From: an uncultured bacterium
Lineage (GTDB): Bacteria; Desulfobacterota_D; UBA1144; Nemesobacterales; UBA2774
Length of the DNA: 64,000 nucleotides
Assembly: GCA_963825135.1 (NCBI GenBank)
Contig: CAWGRW010000009.1
Location: 192,001-256,000, forward strand
Direction: 5' to 3'
Program-made: the position numbers and the translations under genes
Shown here: one piece after another, positions 1 through 9,860 of the stretch
Layout of the letters: every line of letters starts with the position of its first letter
Numbering within the stretch: position 1 is the first letter of the stretch
The notes under the pieces: generated by a model
Database searches by the model: none
What the model was told of the DNA's origin: nothing
Seen by the model: the letters and a program-made list of their open reading frames with translations, nothing else

Positions 1-2
1 CG

Positions 3-227
3 AATGATCTGGCAAGAAGACTTCAGGAACACAAAGACAGCAGAATAGACGAAAACAGCTTCGCCGGAAAATACCACTGCTACAATCTTGTATACTGCGA
101 AATTTATGAAAACATAGAGGAAGCAATTAGACGTGAGAAAGAAATCAAGAAATGGAGAAGGGAGAAAAAGAACTGGTTAATCGAGAGTCAAAATCCAGAA
201 TGGAGATTTATGAACGGGGACATATAG
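3..227 (+). CDS. GIY-YIG nuclease family protein (UPF0213/YhbQ-like), 5'-truncated by window edge
   Basis: Own translation of frame 3: NDLARRLQEHK...FAGKYHCYNLVYCEIYENIEEAIRREKEIKKWRREKKNWLIESQNPEWRFM*. The NDLxRRxxEH and AIxREKxIKxWxRxxK...NPxW motifs are typical of small GIY-YIG proteins. Confidence 0.85.
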   Translation, partial: NDLARRLQEHKDSRIDENSFAGKYHCYNLVYCEIYENIEEAIRREKEIKKWRREKKNWLIESQNPEWRFMNGDI

Positions 228-232
228 ATCTT

Positions 233-314
233 TGTCATTTCGAGCGTATGTGAGAAATCTATTGTTTATCTATGTCATAGAGAAGACAGATTTCTCCCGC
301 TGGTCGAAATGACA
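233..314. repeat. REP-like paired palindromic repeat (TGTCATTTCGAGC..GAGAAATCT / AGATTTCTC..TCGAAATGACA)
   Basis: TGTCATTTCGA 233-243 is the reverse complement of TCGAAATGACA 304-314; GAGAAATCT 252-260 pairs with AGATTTCTC 288-296. A related left half is at 36481. Confidence 0.85.
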
Positions 315-356
315 TATTATTGTTCTACCCAAGTTTCTTATCAGTAGTTGCAGCTA

Positions 357-414
357 TGGGACAATGGGACACATCGTCCCGGTATATACCCCGCCCGTCT
401 GTCCCATTGTCCCA
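357..414. repeat. Double-repeat inverted palindrome with central GGTATATACC
   Basis: TGGGACAATGGGACA 357-371 and TGTCCCATTGTCCCA 400-414 form a perfect 15-bp inverted repeat; palindromic GGTATATACC at 381-390. Confidence 0.85.
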
Positions 415-506
415 ATCCTGTAACCATTTGATGAGACTTATTAATTTTTGAGGATCAGATGTGAGTGCTTTTGGTTTTCGCAGGGAAGAAACCTATCCCG
501 TGCCGC

Positions 507-1475
507 TCAAACCCATACGCCCATATACTCGAGCGCGCGCCTGATGCTTGCCGGGGTCTGGGTCTCACCGCGGCATGCGTACCAGCACGCGGTGCACTTG
601 GTCTCTTCGTAGAGCTTCGGGGAATATTCGGAGTAGTGAGTGGTAATCGGCATTTCGGAGCACCGTTTTAAATGCCCGGACGGCGTGACCTGTATGTGGC
701 TTATCCCCGCCGTGCATCCCGGTATCCCGCCCGTCTCGAAATACCTCGGAATCTCTTTCAGGTAGTACTCGGTCGATAATATCGTCCCCTTCCAGGTCTT
801 CCTCAGCCTGATGAGCTCGGCGACGAGGTTCTTCACCCTTTCGAGCTCTTTAGGATGCACGAAATGGGTCTCGTTGTTCGTCTTCATGACGGAGTACGAG
901 CTGAAAGAGATGCCTATCCCCCACTCCCTCGCCTTGGCCGCGAGCTCCGGTATGGAGTCGATGTTGTCTTCCATGATAATAGTGTTGAGCGTCACCTTCC
1001 CCTTTGGGAACCTCTTTCCGAGAACGGGAAGCAGCTCCGAGAGGTGGTCCCAGAGGCCGGGCACGCCCCTGTACGTGTCGTGCGTCTTCCCCGGGAAGTC
1101 GAGCGATATCGCTATCTGGTTTATCCCGGCGTCGTATAGCTCCTTCGCCTTATCGACCGTGAGAAGGTCTCCCTTCGTGACCATCGACGTGAATATGAAA
1201 TAGGACGACTCCTTCACCTGTCTGACTATATCCGGCAGGTCCTTTCTAAGCATGGGCTCGCCGCCCGTGATCACGACCACGAGGGGGTTAATGAGCTTTA
1301 TGACGGGGCGGTAATCGTATATGCGCTCCTCGTGCCTCGTCTGCCAGTAGTCGCAGAAATCGCACTTTGCGTTGCAGAGCTTCGTGATTTCGAGGTTAAC
1401 GAGCTTGGGACGCCCCGTGAACCGGGTCTGGAAATATTTGATGGCCCCGAAGAGGCTTTCCTGAGGTGTAATCAT
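507..1475 (-). CDS. Radical SAM protein with C-terminal SPASM/twitch-type Cys domain
   Basis: CNAKCDFC (CxxxCxxC), TGGEPMLR, C-terminal GCTAG...KRC...CTACWYAC. Start taken at ATG 1475. Confidence 0.85.
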   Translation of the reverse strand: MITPQESLFGAIKYFQTRFTGRPKLVNLEITKLCNAKCDFCDYWQTRHEERIYDYRPVIKLINPLVVVITGGEPMLRKDLPDIVRQVKESSYFIFTSMVTKGDLLTVDKAKELYDAGINQIAISLDFPGKTHDTYRGVPGLWDHLSELLPVLGKRFPKGKVTLNTIIMEDNIDSIPELAAKAREWGIGISFSSYSVMKTNNETHFVHPKELERVKNLVAELIRLRKTWKGTILSTEYYLKEIPRYFETGGIPGCTAGISHIQVTPSGHLKRCSEMPITTHYSEYSPKLYEETKCTACWYACRGETQTPASIRRALEYMGVWV

Positions 1476-1625
1476 TATAGAATTTATACATAACCCGCCG
1501 GCGGATTTCAAGCGAAGCCGGCAATCTCGGCAAATTACCGGCTGAATACATTGGCATTATTCAACAAAAAGGGGCGAGGGCTCCTTGTGCGGATTAATCC
1601 GGCCCACATCACGCAACAAAACATA

Positions 1626-1654
1626 TTGACTTATCCCTCCCGATTTATTTTAAT
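1626..1654 (+). promoter_or_regulatory. sigma70-like promoter for first Zn-finger gene
   Basis: TTGACT-17 bp-TTTAAT; a near-identical architecture is at 2032-2060. Confidence 0.5.
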
Positions 1655-1697
1655 AGTTGGAATATGGTTATCTGCTTGTATATGCAAGGGGTGAGGG

Positions 1698-2003
1698 ATG
1701 TCTATTAAGCTTATAAAGAAAGAGCTTTTTCAATGCGACCATACGGACGAGGACGGGGAGAGGTGCGAGAGAGAGGGGAGCAGGGACTCGATAAAGACGT
1801 GCGGGCTGTGCGGCATGGACATCTGCATCACGCACTACGAGCTCGTAACGGTGACGCTCCAGGGGACGCGCGACCATTTCACGTACTATTTCTGCGCCAA
1901 CCATACGGACGAGTTCCTGGAGACCCTCGCCCGTAAATACGGCGATACGAGGCCCATACCCCAGACGGGGTACGGCGTCACCCTGCCGCGGATGCGCCAC
2001 TGA
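1698..2003 (+). CDS. Small Cys/His-rich putative zinc-finger protein (AN1/B-box-like), paralog 1
   Basis: C-x9-C-x11-CxxC-x4-C-x2-H-x19-C-x2-H; purine-rich RBS (GGGGTGAGGG); homologous to 2139..2423. Confidence 0.75.
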   Translation: MSIKLIKKELFQCDHTDEDGERCEREGSRDSIKTCGLCGMDICITHYELVTVTLQGTRDHFTYYFCANHTDEFLETLARKYGDTRPIPQTGYGVTLPRMRH

Positions 2004-2031
2004 CGGCGAGCGGGGGGGTAATACATCCGTA

Positions 2032-2060
2032 TTGACATCGGGGGCAGGATTTAGTTTAAT
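2032..2060 (+). promoter_or_regulatory. sigma70-like promoter for second Zn-finger gene
   Basis: TTGACA-17 bp-TTTAAT. Confidence 0.55.
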
Positions 2061-2138
2061 CACTGTGGGGGGGGCTGCTGGTACGGGCGGGCGGCGGGTT
2101 TAATTACAGGCTACGGATTTACATAAAGGAGATTAGAT

Positions 2139-2423
2139 ATGTCGAGCAAATCCATCACGGTTGAAATATTCCAGTGCGACCACGTAAACGACGACGGCGA
2201 GCGCTGCGCGAGCGAGGGGGAGAGGGTAACGATAAAGACGTGCGCCCTCTGCCATAAGGACCTCTGCAGCAGGCATTACGAGCAGATAAGCGTATCGAGC
2301 CGCGGCGGCAGGGACTCCCTCCTCTATCATTTTTGCGACGAGCACACGCAGGAATTCATGGATACGCTCATAAACACGTTCGGCGACACGAGGCCCGTCG
2401 CCTACGCCGGCATGGCGAAGTGA
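2139..2423 (+). CDS. Small Cys/His-rich putative zinc-finger protein, paralog 2
   Basis: Same 8-ligand spacing as paralog 1; shared FQCDH..DGERC, IKTC and GDTRP; AAGGAG RBS. Confidence 0.8.
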   Translation: MSSKSITVEIFQCDHVNDDGERCASEGERVTIKTCALCHKDLCSRHYEQISVSSRGGRDSLLYHFCDEHTQEFMDTLINTFGDTRPVAYAGMAK

Positions 2424-2890
2424 CACACACATAGCGTGTTTCTACGATTCTACCCAAGCTCCTCAGCCCTGCCAGCGTCACGCATGTCATTGCGAGGCTT
2501 TGCGAAGCCACTGCAATTCGTCGAGAATCTTTTCTCCTTTTCTCCCGACATTACAGAATTTGCGTAAAGAAAATCGATTGTACGAGCGTTAAGAATCTTC
2601 CACGGTATGGGGTTGAATTGGAAGATTTAGCGAGTACATGAGATTTTTAGCACAATTCTGTAGTCGGATGATTTTTGCTTCTTTTCATCAAGGAAAAGAA
2701 GGATAAAAAAAACAGCCTCTCACTTTTCATTGTCTTTTCATAAAACGCGCTACGTGTGTCTTTTCATCGAGGAAGAGAAGGATAAAAAAATAGCCTTTCG
2801 CTGTACTTCCTTGTCTTTCCATAAAACACACTACGTGTGTTCATCAAGGAAAAGAAGAAATAGAAAGCTTGCCTATTCATTGTCTGTTGA
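2424..2890. repeat. Intergenic repeat mosaic: TGTCATTGCGAG REP, long bulged hairpin (2545-2667), and about 78-bp tandem units containing TCATCAAGGAAAAGAAG
   Basis: CCGAC..TACAGAATT 2545-2560 pairs with AATTCTGTAGTCGG 2654-2667; TCATC(A/G)AGGAA at 2685, 2764 and 2841; homologous to 36614-37000. Confidence 0.8.
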
Positions 2891-2954
2891 TTACCCACTC
2901 TGCTCCCCCCACCTATACAATCCCCCAGATTTACGTTATTTTTTATGGACGCAC

Positions 2955-4508
2955 ATGAAAATAGCGACGCGCGAAATAGTAAGGGAGATAGACGCCCTGT
3001 CGATAGAGAAGCACGGCATACCGGGCCTCGTGCTGATGGAGAACGCAGGGCGCGCCGCGGCCGACGTCGTCATCGAGGAATTCCCCCACGCCGACAGCGT
3101 AGCCGTATTCGCCGGGGGCGGGAACAACGGGGGCGACGGTTTTGTCATCGCCCGCCATTTGATGGGACAGGGCGTTAGGGTAACCACATACCTCGCGGCA
3201 GGCTCCGCGAAATACAGGGGCGACGCGCTCTCGAACCTGAAAGCGCTCAAAAAATCGGGGGGCGAAGTCGTCGAGCTTGACGGGAGCTTGAGGAAATATA
3301 AGCAGGCGGACCTGATAGTGGACGCCCTCTTCGGCACCGGTCTGGACAGAAAGGTCGAAGGGTTTAATAAAAAGATAATAGAGTTCATGAATAATCAGCC
3401 CGTCCCGCGGGTCGCGGTCGACCTGCCTTCGGGCATAGACGCGAATACGGGCTTCCCCCTCGGGGCGGCCGTCAGGGCGGACGTGACCGTAACGTTCGTG
3501 CTTCCAAAGATCGGAATCTCGATATACCCCGGACTCGACTATGCGGGCAGGATATACGTAGCCGACATCACCACGCCGAAACACCTGGAGGACGGCATAC
3601 CGTACGAGCTGCTCACCCGCGCGTCCGTGGGCGGGATACTCTCGCCGCGCCGCGCCGATACGCACAAGGGCACATACGGCCACCTCTTCATTCTGGCGGG
3701 CTCTCCCGGAAAGACCGGGGCCGCGACTCTCGCTTCTCTCGGCGCCCTCAGGGTAGGCACAGGGCTCGTTACGGTGGGGATACCCGCGAGCCTGAACGAC
3801 ATAATGGAGGTAAAGACGACGGAGGCTATGACCGAGCCGCTTCCCGAGACCGACCTCCGCACGCTCGGAAGGGTCTCCGTAAAGCGCGCGAAGGGAATCA
3901 TCGCCAATAAGAAAACGGCCCTCGCTGTAGGGCCCGGCATCTCGACCACGGAAGAGACGCGCGGGTTCCTGTACGAAATTATCAGGTCGTGCGAAATTCC
4001 GGCGGTTATAGATGCCGACGCGCTCACGCTTATAGCGGAAGACCCGGGGATTCTTCGCGGAGCGAAGGCCCCCATCGTGCTCACGCCGCACCCGGGCGAG
4101 ATGTCCCGGCTCGCGGGCATAACGACCGACGAAGTGGAGCGGGACAGGATAGGCGTGTCCCTCGATTTCGCGAGAAAGCATAAAGTCATTCTCGTCCTCA
4201 AGGGGGCGAGGTCCCTCGTAACTACGCCCGGAGGGCACGTCTACGTAAACACGTCGGGCAACCCCGGCATGGCGTCGGGCGGCATGGGGGACGTACTCAC
4301 GGGCGTCATAGGGGGCTTTCTCGCCCAGCGCATCCTGCCCGAGGACGCGGCCAGGCTCGGGGTCTTCCTTCACGGACTTGCCGGAGACATAGCCGCCCGG
4401 GAGCGGGGACAGGTCGGACTGATAGCGGGCGACCTCGCCGATACCCTCCCCGGGGCCATCCGGGAGCTTCCGGAATCGGACGAGGAGCCTTTCTTCCGAA
4501 TCCGCTGA
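2955..4508 (+). CDS. nnr: Bifunctional NAD(P)H-hydrate epimerase/dehydratase
   Basis: LMENAG, GNNGGDG, DALFGTG, HKGTYG, TPHPGEM, GGMGDVLTG. Start at MKIATRE; the upstream ORF extension is repeat DNA. Confidence 0.95.
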   Translation: MKIATREIVREIDALSIEKHGIPGLVLMENAGRAAADVVIEEFPHADSVAVFAGGGNNGGDGFVIARHLMGQGVRVTTYLAAGSAKYRGDALSNLKALKKSGGEVVELDGSLRKYKQADLIVDALFGTGLDRKVEGFNKKIIEFMNNQPVPRVAVDLPSGIDANTGFPLGAAVRADVTVTFVLPKIGISIYPGLDYAGRIYVADITTPKHLEDGIPYELLTRASVGGILSPRRADTHKGTYGHLFILAGSPGKTGAATLASLGALRVGTGLVTVGIPASLNDIMEVKTTEAMTEPLPETDLRTLGRVSVKRAKGIIANKKTALAVGPGISTTEETRGFLYEIIRSCEIPAVIDADALTLIAEDPGILRGAKAPIVLTPHPGEMSRLAGITTDEVERDRIGVSLDFARKHKVILVLKGARSLVTTPGGHVYVNTSGNPGMASGGMGDVLTGVIGGFLAQRILPEDAARLGVFLHGLAGDIAARERGQVGLIAGDLADTLPGAIRELPESDEEPFFRIR

Positions 4509-4544
4509 TTTCACTCGTTTTTTTAATTCACCGAAAATACCTAC

Positions 4545-5054
4545 ATGACGAAAAGAGAGAGTATGGACATTCTGGTAACGGATGCGGAGGAGACGATAAA
4601 ACTGGGTGAGATTATTGGCAAATCGCTCGAACCCGGTAGTATTATCGCCCTTAGGGGCGGCCTGGGCGCGGGCAAAACCGTCCTCGTAAAGGGTATAGCG
4701 AGGGGGCTCGGCATTGAAGACGAGCCGGTGAGCCCCACGTTCGTTATAATGAACGCGTACGAGGGCAGGATACCGCTTTACCACTTCGACCTCTACAGGA
4801 TCTCGGGCGCGGACGAGCTCCTGGGCATAGGCTCCGACGAATTTTTATTCGGCGAAGGGGTGTCGGCCGTCGAGTGGGCGGAGAGGGTTCGGGAAATATT
4901 TCCTGAATATACTATATATATCGATATAAAAATCCCGGACCCCGAAGGCGGCGTCCCGGAAAACACGCGGGAAATCAGGATAGAAGGAAAAAAGGAATGG
5001 GTCTCATCGTTCAGAAGTACGGCGGAACAAGCGTTTCCGGCCTCGACAAGATAA
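4545..5054 (+). CDS. tsaE: tRNA threonylcarbamoyladenosine biosynthesis ATPase
   Basis: GGLGAGKT P-loop, SPTF, HFDLYR, VEWAE; follows nnr. Confidence 0.95.
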   Translation: MTKRESMDILVTDAEETIKLGEIIGKSLEPGSIIALRGGLGAGKTVLVKGIARGLGIEDEPVSPTFVIMNAYEGRIPLYHFDLYRISGADELLGIGSDEFLFGEGVSAVEWAERVREIFPEYTIYIDIKIPDPEGGVPENTREIRIEGKKEWVSSFRSTAEQAFPASTR

Positions 5055-6229
5055 AGTGGGTAGCGGGACACGTCATCAGGACGAAGGGGAAGGGGAACGA
5101 CGTCCTCGTCGTGGTCTCGGCCATGGCGGGCGAGACCGACAAGCTCGTCAAGCTGTCGCTCCGGATAATGGACCCCCCTGACGAGCGGGAGCTCGACGTC
5201 GTGACATCGAGCGGGGAGCAGGTCTCCTCGGGACTGCTCGCGATGTCCATAAAATCCCTCGGGCATGAAGCGCTATCGCTGCAGGGCCATCAGGTGAGGA
5301 TCGTCACCGACAACGCCCATTCCAAGGCCAAAATAGTCAGGATAGACGCAGAGAAGATAAAGAAGGCGCTCGGCGAGGGAAAGATCGTCGTCGTGGCGGG
5401 TTTCCAGGGGGTGGACGAGGAGGGCAACGTCACGACCCTCGGCAGGGGAGGCTCGGACCTCACGGCGGTCGCGCTCGCGGCCGCGCTCAACGCGGACTCC
5501 TGCGAGCTATACAAAGACGACGTCGACGGCATATACACGTCAGACCCCGGCATGGTGCCCACGGCGAGGAAGCTCGACAAGATATCATACGAGGAGATGC
5601 TCGAGCTGGCGAGCCTCGGCTCGAAGGTGCTCCAGGCGAGGGCCGTCGAGTTCGCCATGAAATTCGGCGTAACGCTCCACGTCCGTCCCACCGCAAAACC
5701 GGATACCGAAGGAACGTGGGTAGTAGAGGAGGAAAAAATGACTCACCTGGAAAACATTCTCATATCGGGGGTATCGTCTGACAAGAACCAGGCGAAGATC
5801 ACCATCACGCAGGTGCCCGACAGCCCCGGCATCGCGGCTAAAATATTCACGCCACTGAGCGAAAACGGCATCATCGTCGACATGATAGTCCAGAACGTCA
5901 GCATAGAGGGGCACACCGACATGACGTTCACCGTGCCGAGGACAGAATTTAAAAAATCGATTATACTAACAGAAAAGGTGGCGAAGCAGCTCGGGGCGAA
6001 AAATATGATATCCGACGACAAGATAGCCAAGGTATCGCTCGTCGGCGTCGGAATGAAAACCCACTCCGGAGTGGCGAGCCGCATGTTCTCGACTCTCGCG
6101 AAAGAGGGCATAAATATTCTGATGATAAGCACTTCGGAAATAAAGATTTCGTGCGTCGTAGAGGAGAAATACACGGAGCTCGCGGTAAGGGCGCTCCACG
6201 ACGCGTTCGAGCTGGGGGAAAAGAAATGA
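4997..6229 (+). CDS. lysC: Aspartate kinase
   Basis: [23 protein letters not shown], two ACT domains, STSEIKIS. Confidence 0.97.
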   Translation: MGLIVQKYGGTSVSGLDKIKWVAGHVIRTKGKGNDVLVVVSAMAGETDKLVKLSLRIMDPPDERELDVVTSSGEQVSSGLLAMSIKSLGHEALSLQGHQVRIVTDNAHSKAKIVRIDAEKIKKALGEGKIVVVAGFQGVDEEGNVTTLGRGGSDLTAVALAAALNADSCELYKDDVDGIYTSDPGMVPTARKLDKISYEEMLELASLGSKVLQARAVEFAMKFGVTLHVRPTAKPDTEGTWVVEEEKMTHLENILISGVSSDKNQAKITITQVPDSPGIAAKIFTPLSENGIIVDMIVQNVSIEGHTDMTFTVPRTEFKKSIILTEKVAKQLGAKNMISDDKIAKVSLVGVGMKTHSGVASRMFSTLAKEGINILMISTSEIKISCVVEEKYTELAVRALHDAFELGEKK

Positions 6230-7827
6230 GCCGGGATTCGGTAAAGATATACGACGTTACGCTCAGGGACGGGACTCAGGGAGAGAGTATATCGTTCTCG
6301 ATCCACGACAAGCTGAGGATCGCCCAGAAGCTCGACGAGCTCGGCGTGCATTACATCGAAGGCGGGTGGCCGGGCTCGAACGAAAGGGACGAGGGGTTCT
6401 TCGAGGAAGCCAAGAAGCTCCGGCTTGGAAAAGCCAGAATCGCTGCTTTCGGCAGCACGAGACGCACGGGGAAGACGTGCGAGGAGGACGGGAGCATACA
6501 GGCGCTGCTCAAAGCCGAGACCCCCGCCGTTACCATCGTCGGCAAGAGCTGGGACTTCCACGTAAAGGAAGCCTTGAGGATACCGCTTAAGGAAAACCTG
6601 GAAATAATCCACGACTCCGTTACGTACCTCAAGAAATACGTCGACGAGGTATTCTTCGACGCCGAGCACTTCTTCGACGGGTACAAGCACAACCCCAAAT
6701 ATGCCATCGAGTCTATAAAGGCGGCTCATGACGCCGGAGCCGACGTCCTCGTGCTCTGCGACACCAACGGCGGCACTCTCCCCTGGGAGATAGAGGAGAC
6801 CGTGAGGGACGTGAACTTGAAGCTCGACAGCCCGCACCTGGGCATACACACGCACAACGACGGCGAAGTGGGCGTCGCCAACACGCTCTACGCCGTGAGG
6901 GAAGGCGTGAGGCAGGTGCAGGGGACGATGAACGGATACGGGGAGAGGTGCGGCAACGCGAACCTCTGCTCGATCCTGCCCAACCTCAAGCTCAAGCTCG
7001 GCATAGACTGCATAGAAGAGGACGAGCTCAGGAGGCTCTACGAGGTTTCCCATTTCATACACGAGCTCACGAATCTGCCGCCGCTCAGGCACAGGCCTTT
7101 CGTAGGGGAGAGCGCCTTCGCCCACAAGGGCGGGCTCCACGTGAGCGCGGTCATGAAAAAATCGGAGACCTACGAGCACGTAAACCCGGACGTCGTCGGG
7201 AACCGCAGACGCATCCTCATATCCGACCTCTCCGGGCGGAGCAACATCATCTACAAGGCAAAGGAGTTAGGCATTGAGCTCGACCCACAGGACAAGCGCA
7301 TCAACAATATCCTGAATGAGCTCAAGAAGCTCGAGAACGAGGGGTACGAGTTCGAAGGCGCGGACGCATCATTTGAGCTTCTCGTGAGGAAGGCGCTCGG
7401 GGAGTTCAGAAAGGCGTTTGAGTTAAAGAGCGTCCGCACGATAACCGAGAAAAGGAACGAGGACGAGGAGCCCGTAACCGAGGCGACTCTCATAGTGCAG
7501 GTGGACGGCGTAACCGAGCACATGGCCGCGATAGGAAACGGCCCGGTGCACGCGCTCGACCAGGGCTTGAGGAAGGCGCTCGAAAAGTTCTATCCCAACT
7601 TAAAAGAGGTCACTCTGAAGGACTACAGGGTGAGGGTGCTTGCGAGACAGCACGGTACGGACGCCGTGGTGAGGGTGCTCATAGAATCGGGCGACGGCGA
7701 GAGCGACTGGAGCACCGTGGGGGTCTCCCAGAACATAGTCGAGGCCAGCTGGAAGGCGCTCGTCGACAGCATCGACTATAAGATACTCAAGGACGAATCC
7801 AAACGCGCCGCCAAAGCGCGGGGTTAA
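6226..7827 (+). CDS. cimA: Citramalate synthase (LeuA/CimA family)
   Basis: [63 protein letters not shown] overlap with the lysC stop. Confidence 0.92.
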   Translation: MSRDSVKIYDVTLRDGTQGESISFSIHDKLRIAQKLDELGVHYIEGGWPGSNERDEGFFEEAKKLRLGKARIAAFGSTRRTGKTCEEDGSIQALLKAETPAVTIVGKSWDFHVKEALRIPLKENLEIIHDSVTYLKKYVDEVFFDAEHFFDGYKHNPKYAIESIKAAHDAGADVLVLCDTNGGTLPWEIEETVRDVNLKLDSPHLGIHTHNDGEVGVANTLYAVREGVRQVQGTMNGYGERCGNANLCSILPNLKLKLGIDCIEEDELRRLYEVSHFIHELTNLPPLRHRPFVGESAFAHKGGLHVSAVMKKSETYEHVNPDVVGNRRRILISDLSGRSNIIYKAKELGIELDPQDKRINNILNELKKLENEGYEFEGADASFELLVRKALGEFRKAFELKSVRTITEKRNEDEEPVTEATLIVQVDGVTEHMAAIGNGPVHALDQGLRKALEKFYPNLKEVTLKDYRVRVLARQHGTDAVVRVLIESGDGESDWSTVGVSQNIVEASWKALVDSIDYKILKDESKRAAKARG

Positions 7828-7906
7828 ACTGCATAAGGATTTTCCCGGATAACAAACCCCGGTTGTAAAAGCGGCTTCCGGTGCGGCACGCAATACCCGC
7901 GCGCCT

Positions 7907-8437
7907 TCACGACCAGACGGGCTTCGGGAGTCCGTACGCGAACAGGAATATCATGTACACGAGCCAGTACGTGATAAGCCCCACGACGCACACCCATATT
8001 GCGTTCCACGTGTTCTTGAAGTCGAGCGCCTGCCTCACGCCGATTATCATCGCGACGAGAGTCCAGACCCATACGACCAGAAGGACGACCGCGGTAAGGT
8101 TGTGCACGACCGCGAAGACCCTGAACATTCCGGGGGCGCTCGCGAACCCGAGCACGCGCATTATCTCCCACTGGTCGCTCCTCGTATCGGATTCCGGGAA
8201 GAGCTTGGTGCCGATAATGTAGATGAGGAAGGCGAGCAGCATCCAGAGCACGAAGTTCGTGATCGTGCCCAGTATCAGGCCCCTGTAATCGCCCGATTGA
8301 TAGCTGTATATACCCCTCGCGAGGCTCGCGAGAAAGACGACGACGACCGCCTGCCACATCGAGCTCTTGTCGTGCTCCACTTCTTCGTACAGCTCCGGAT
8401 CGAGCGTGAGCGCCCTTATTACTCTCTTAATAAACAC
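7907..8437 (-). CDS. YIP1-family membrane protein, paralog 3
   Basis: LYEEVEHD, multiple TM helices, GFASAPG, VRQALDF; homologous to the next two genes. Confidence 0.8.
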   Translation of the reverse strand: MFIKRVIRALTLDPELYEEVEHDKSSMWQAVVVVFLASLARGIYSYQSGDYRGLILGTITNFVLWMLLAFLIYIIGTKLFPESDTRSDQWEIMRVLGFASAPGMFRVFAVVHNLTAVVLLVVWVWTLVAMIIGVRQALDFKNTWNAIWVCVVGLITYWLVYMIFLFAYGLPKPVWS

Positions 8438-8477
8438 GGATGCGGTTCACCTCGGGAACAGTGAATATAGGGATTAC

Positions 8478-8506
8478 AAGATAAATCCAACGAATCCATA
8501 AGTCAA
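8478..8506 (-). promoter_or_regulatory. sigma70-like promoter
   Basis: Minus strand TTGACT-17 bp-TATCTT upstream of 8437. Confidence 0.45.
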
Positions 8507-8576
8507 AGTTATTTAACCGCCGGCTGTCCGGATAAAATATCGCCTGACCGGACTCCAACCCTGCGAACCGCGCCTT

Positions 8577-9101
8577 CTATGCGGCGCCCCGGTTCACGAA
8601 GAACGAATTTACCAAAACGTTAATGATAAAATATATGACCGCGCCCAATATACACACCCCCGCGGCGCGCCACGTGCTCTTGTAGTCGAGCGCCTGCCTT
8701 ACGGCTATGACCATCGCCACGAACATCCAGACCGTCAGAACGATAGCGATAAACTTTCCCGCAACCGGTATTAATAAGAGAAAGAGGAAGATTCCGGGCG
8801 ACCGCGCGAATCCTATTACCCTGAGCAGCTCTCCCATATCCGATTCGGTCTGAGGCTCGGGCAGGAGCTTCGTGCCGATCACAAAAGTCAGGAACGCCCA
8901 TATAAACCACCCGATCAGGTCCAATACCGTCCCGACTATTATTCCCTCTATTCCCAAAATCCCGATCGAGCCGATGCCCGCAGCGATGCTTACCATTACG
9001 ACCACCAGCATCGCCTGCCACATCGAGCCCTTGTCGTGCTCCACCTCTTCGTAAAGCTCCGGGTCGAGCCTGAGCGCCCTTATGATTCTTTTAATCAACA
9101 C
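8577..9101 (-). CDS. YIP1-family membrane protein, paralog 2
   Basis: LYEEVEHD, IGTKLLPEPQT, GFARSPG, AVRQALDY. Confidence 0.8.
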   Translation of the reverse strand: MLIKRIIRALRLDPELYEEVEHDKGSMWQAMLVVVMVSIAAGIGSIGILGIEGIIVGTVLDLIGWFIWAFLTFVIGTKLLPEPQTESDMGELLRVIGFARSPGIFLFLLLIPVAGKFIAIVLTVWMFVAMVIAVRQALDYKSTWRAAGVCILGAVIYFIINVLVNSFFVNRGAA

Positions 9102-9282
9102 TTATGCGGCTCACCTCTCGATTGGGATACAGGAGTGTAAAATCAACGCTTCGAAAATTGAAAGTCAAAGCGATAAAAGCATATCAGATAATTTCTGAAT
9201 ATTAATTCCCGCCTCGGCTTTCAGAAAGGCTCCCCGAAGACGCTGCCGCCGCTTAAACCGTCTCCGCGATACCGGCGATGAA

Positions 9283-9825
9283 TCAGTTGCCGGTCTGAGC
9301 CGCGGGATTTACACCGATAATCGTGAACAGGAACGTCATGATTACCAGATAGACTATAAAGCCGATTACGCAAACCCCGACCGCGCGCCATGTACTCTTG
9401 TAATCTAGCGCCTGCCGCACCGCGATTATCATCGCAACGAGCATCCATATCCCGACTGCGAACGATATGATCGCCCCCACGACCGGGATCACCCCGAGAA
9501 TGCGGAGCACGCCCGGGGAGCTCGAAAACCCGATGGTCCGGAGCATCTCTCCCATATCGGTTTTCGTCTCCGGCTCCGGCAGGAGCTTCGTCCCTATAAA
9601 GAAAGTCAGGAACGCCCATATAAACCAGCCTACGAGAGCGGCGATAGTGGTGACTATCAGCCCCTCTATCCCAAACACCCCCAGAGAGCCGATACCGGCG
9701 GCAACGCTCGACAGGACGACGATAATAACAGCCTGCCCCATAGACCCCTTGTCGGCCTCGACCTCCTCATAAAGACTCACGTCCAGCTTTGAAGCCCTGA
9801 TCATGCGATCGATCAAACTGGCCAT
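9283..9825 (-). CDS. YIP1-family membrane protein, paralog 1
   Basis: LYEEVEAD, IGTKLLPEPET, GFSSSPG, AVRQALDY; GAGGAGG RBS. Confidence 0.82.
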   Translation of the reverse strand: MASLIDRMIRASKLDVSLYEEVEADKGSMGQAVIIVVLSSVAAGIGSLGVFGIEGLIVTTIAALVGWFIWAFLTFFIGTKLLPEPETKTDMGEMLRTIGFSSSPGVLRILGVIPVVGAIISFAVGIWMLVAMIIAVRQALDYKSTWRAVGVCVIGFIVYLVIMTFLFTIIGVNPAAQTGN

Positions 9826-9860
9826 CTTCTTTCCTCCTCTATGCTTTCATGAATATGCAC

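Noticed and set aside
2545..2667. Integron attC interpretation of the bulged hairpins
   Set aside because: No clear RYYYAAC/GTTRRRY boxes, no cassette array and no integrase in the window.
2682..2890. CRISPR-like periodicity (three units, about 78-bp period)
   Set aside because: The intervening sequences resemble each other, the units are degenerate and no cas genes are present; it is a tandem repeat.
2730..2954. N-terminal extension of the nnr ORF (likewise ORF 22915..23334 and the mgtE extension from 38153)
   Set aside because: These translate repeat or intergenic DNA; family homology starts at 2955 and 38237.
4997..5054. 58-bp tsaE/lysC overlap
   Set aside because: Simple C-terminal run-on within an operon; both proteins are intact.
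2943..7179. Long antisense ORFs (e.g. 2943..4784 and 5743..7179, minus strand)
   Set aside because: Shadow ORFs of high-GC coding genes with no recognisable motifs.
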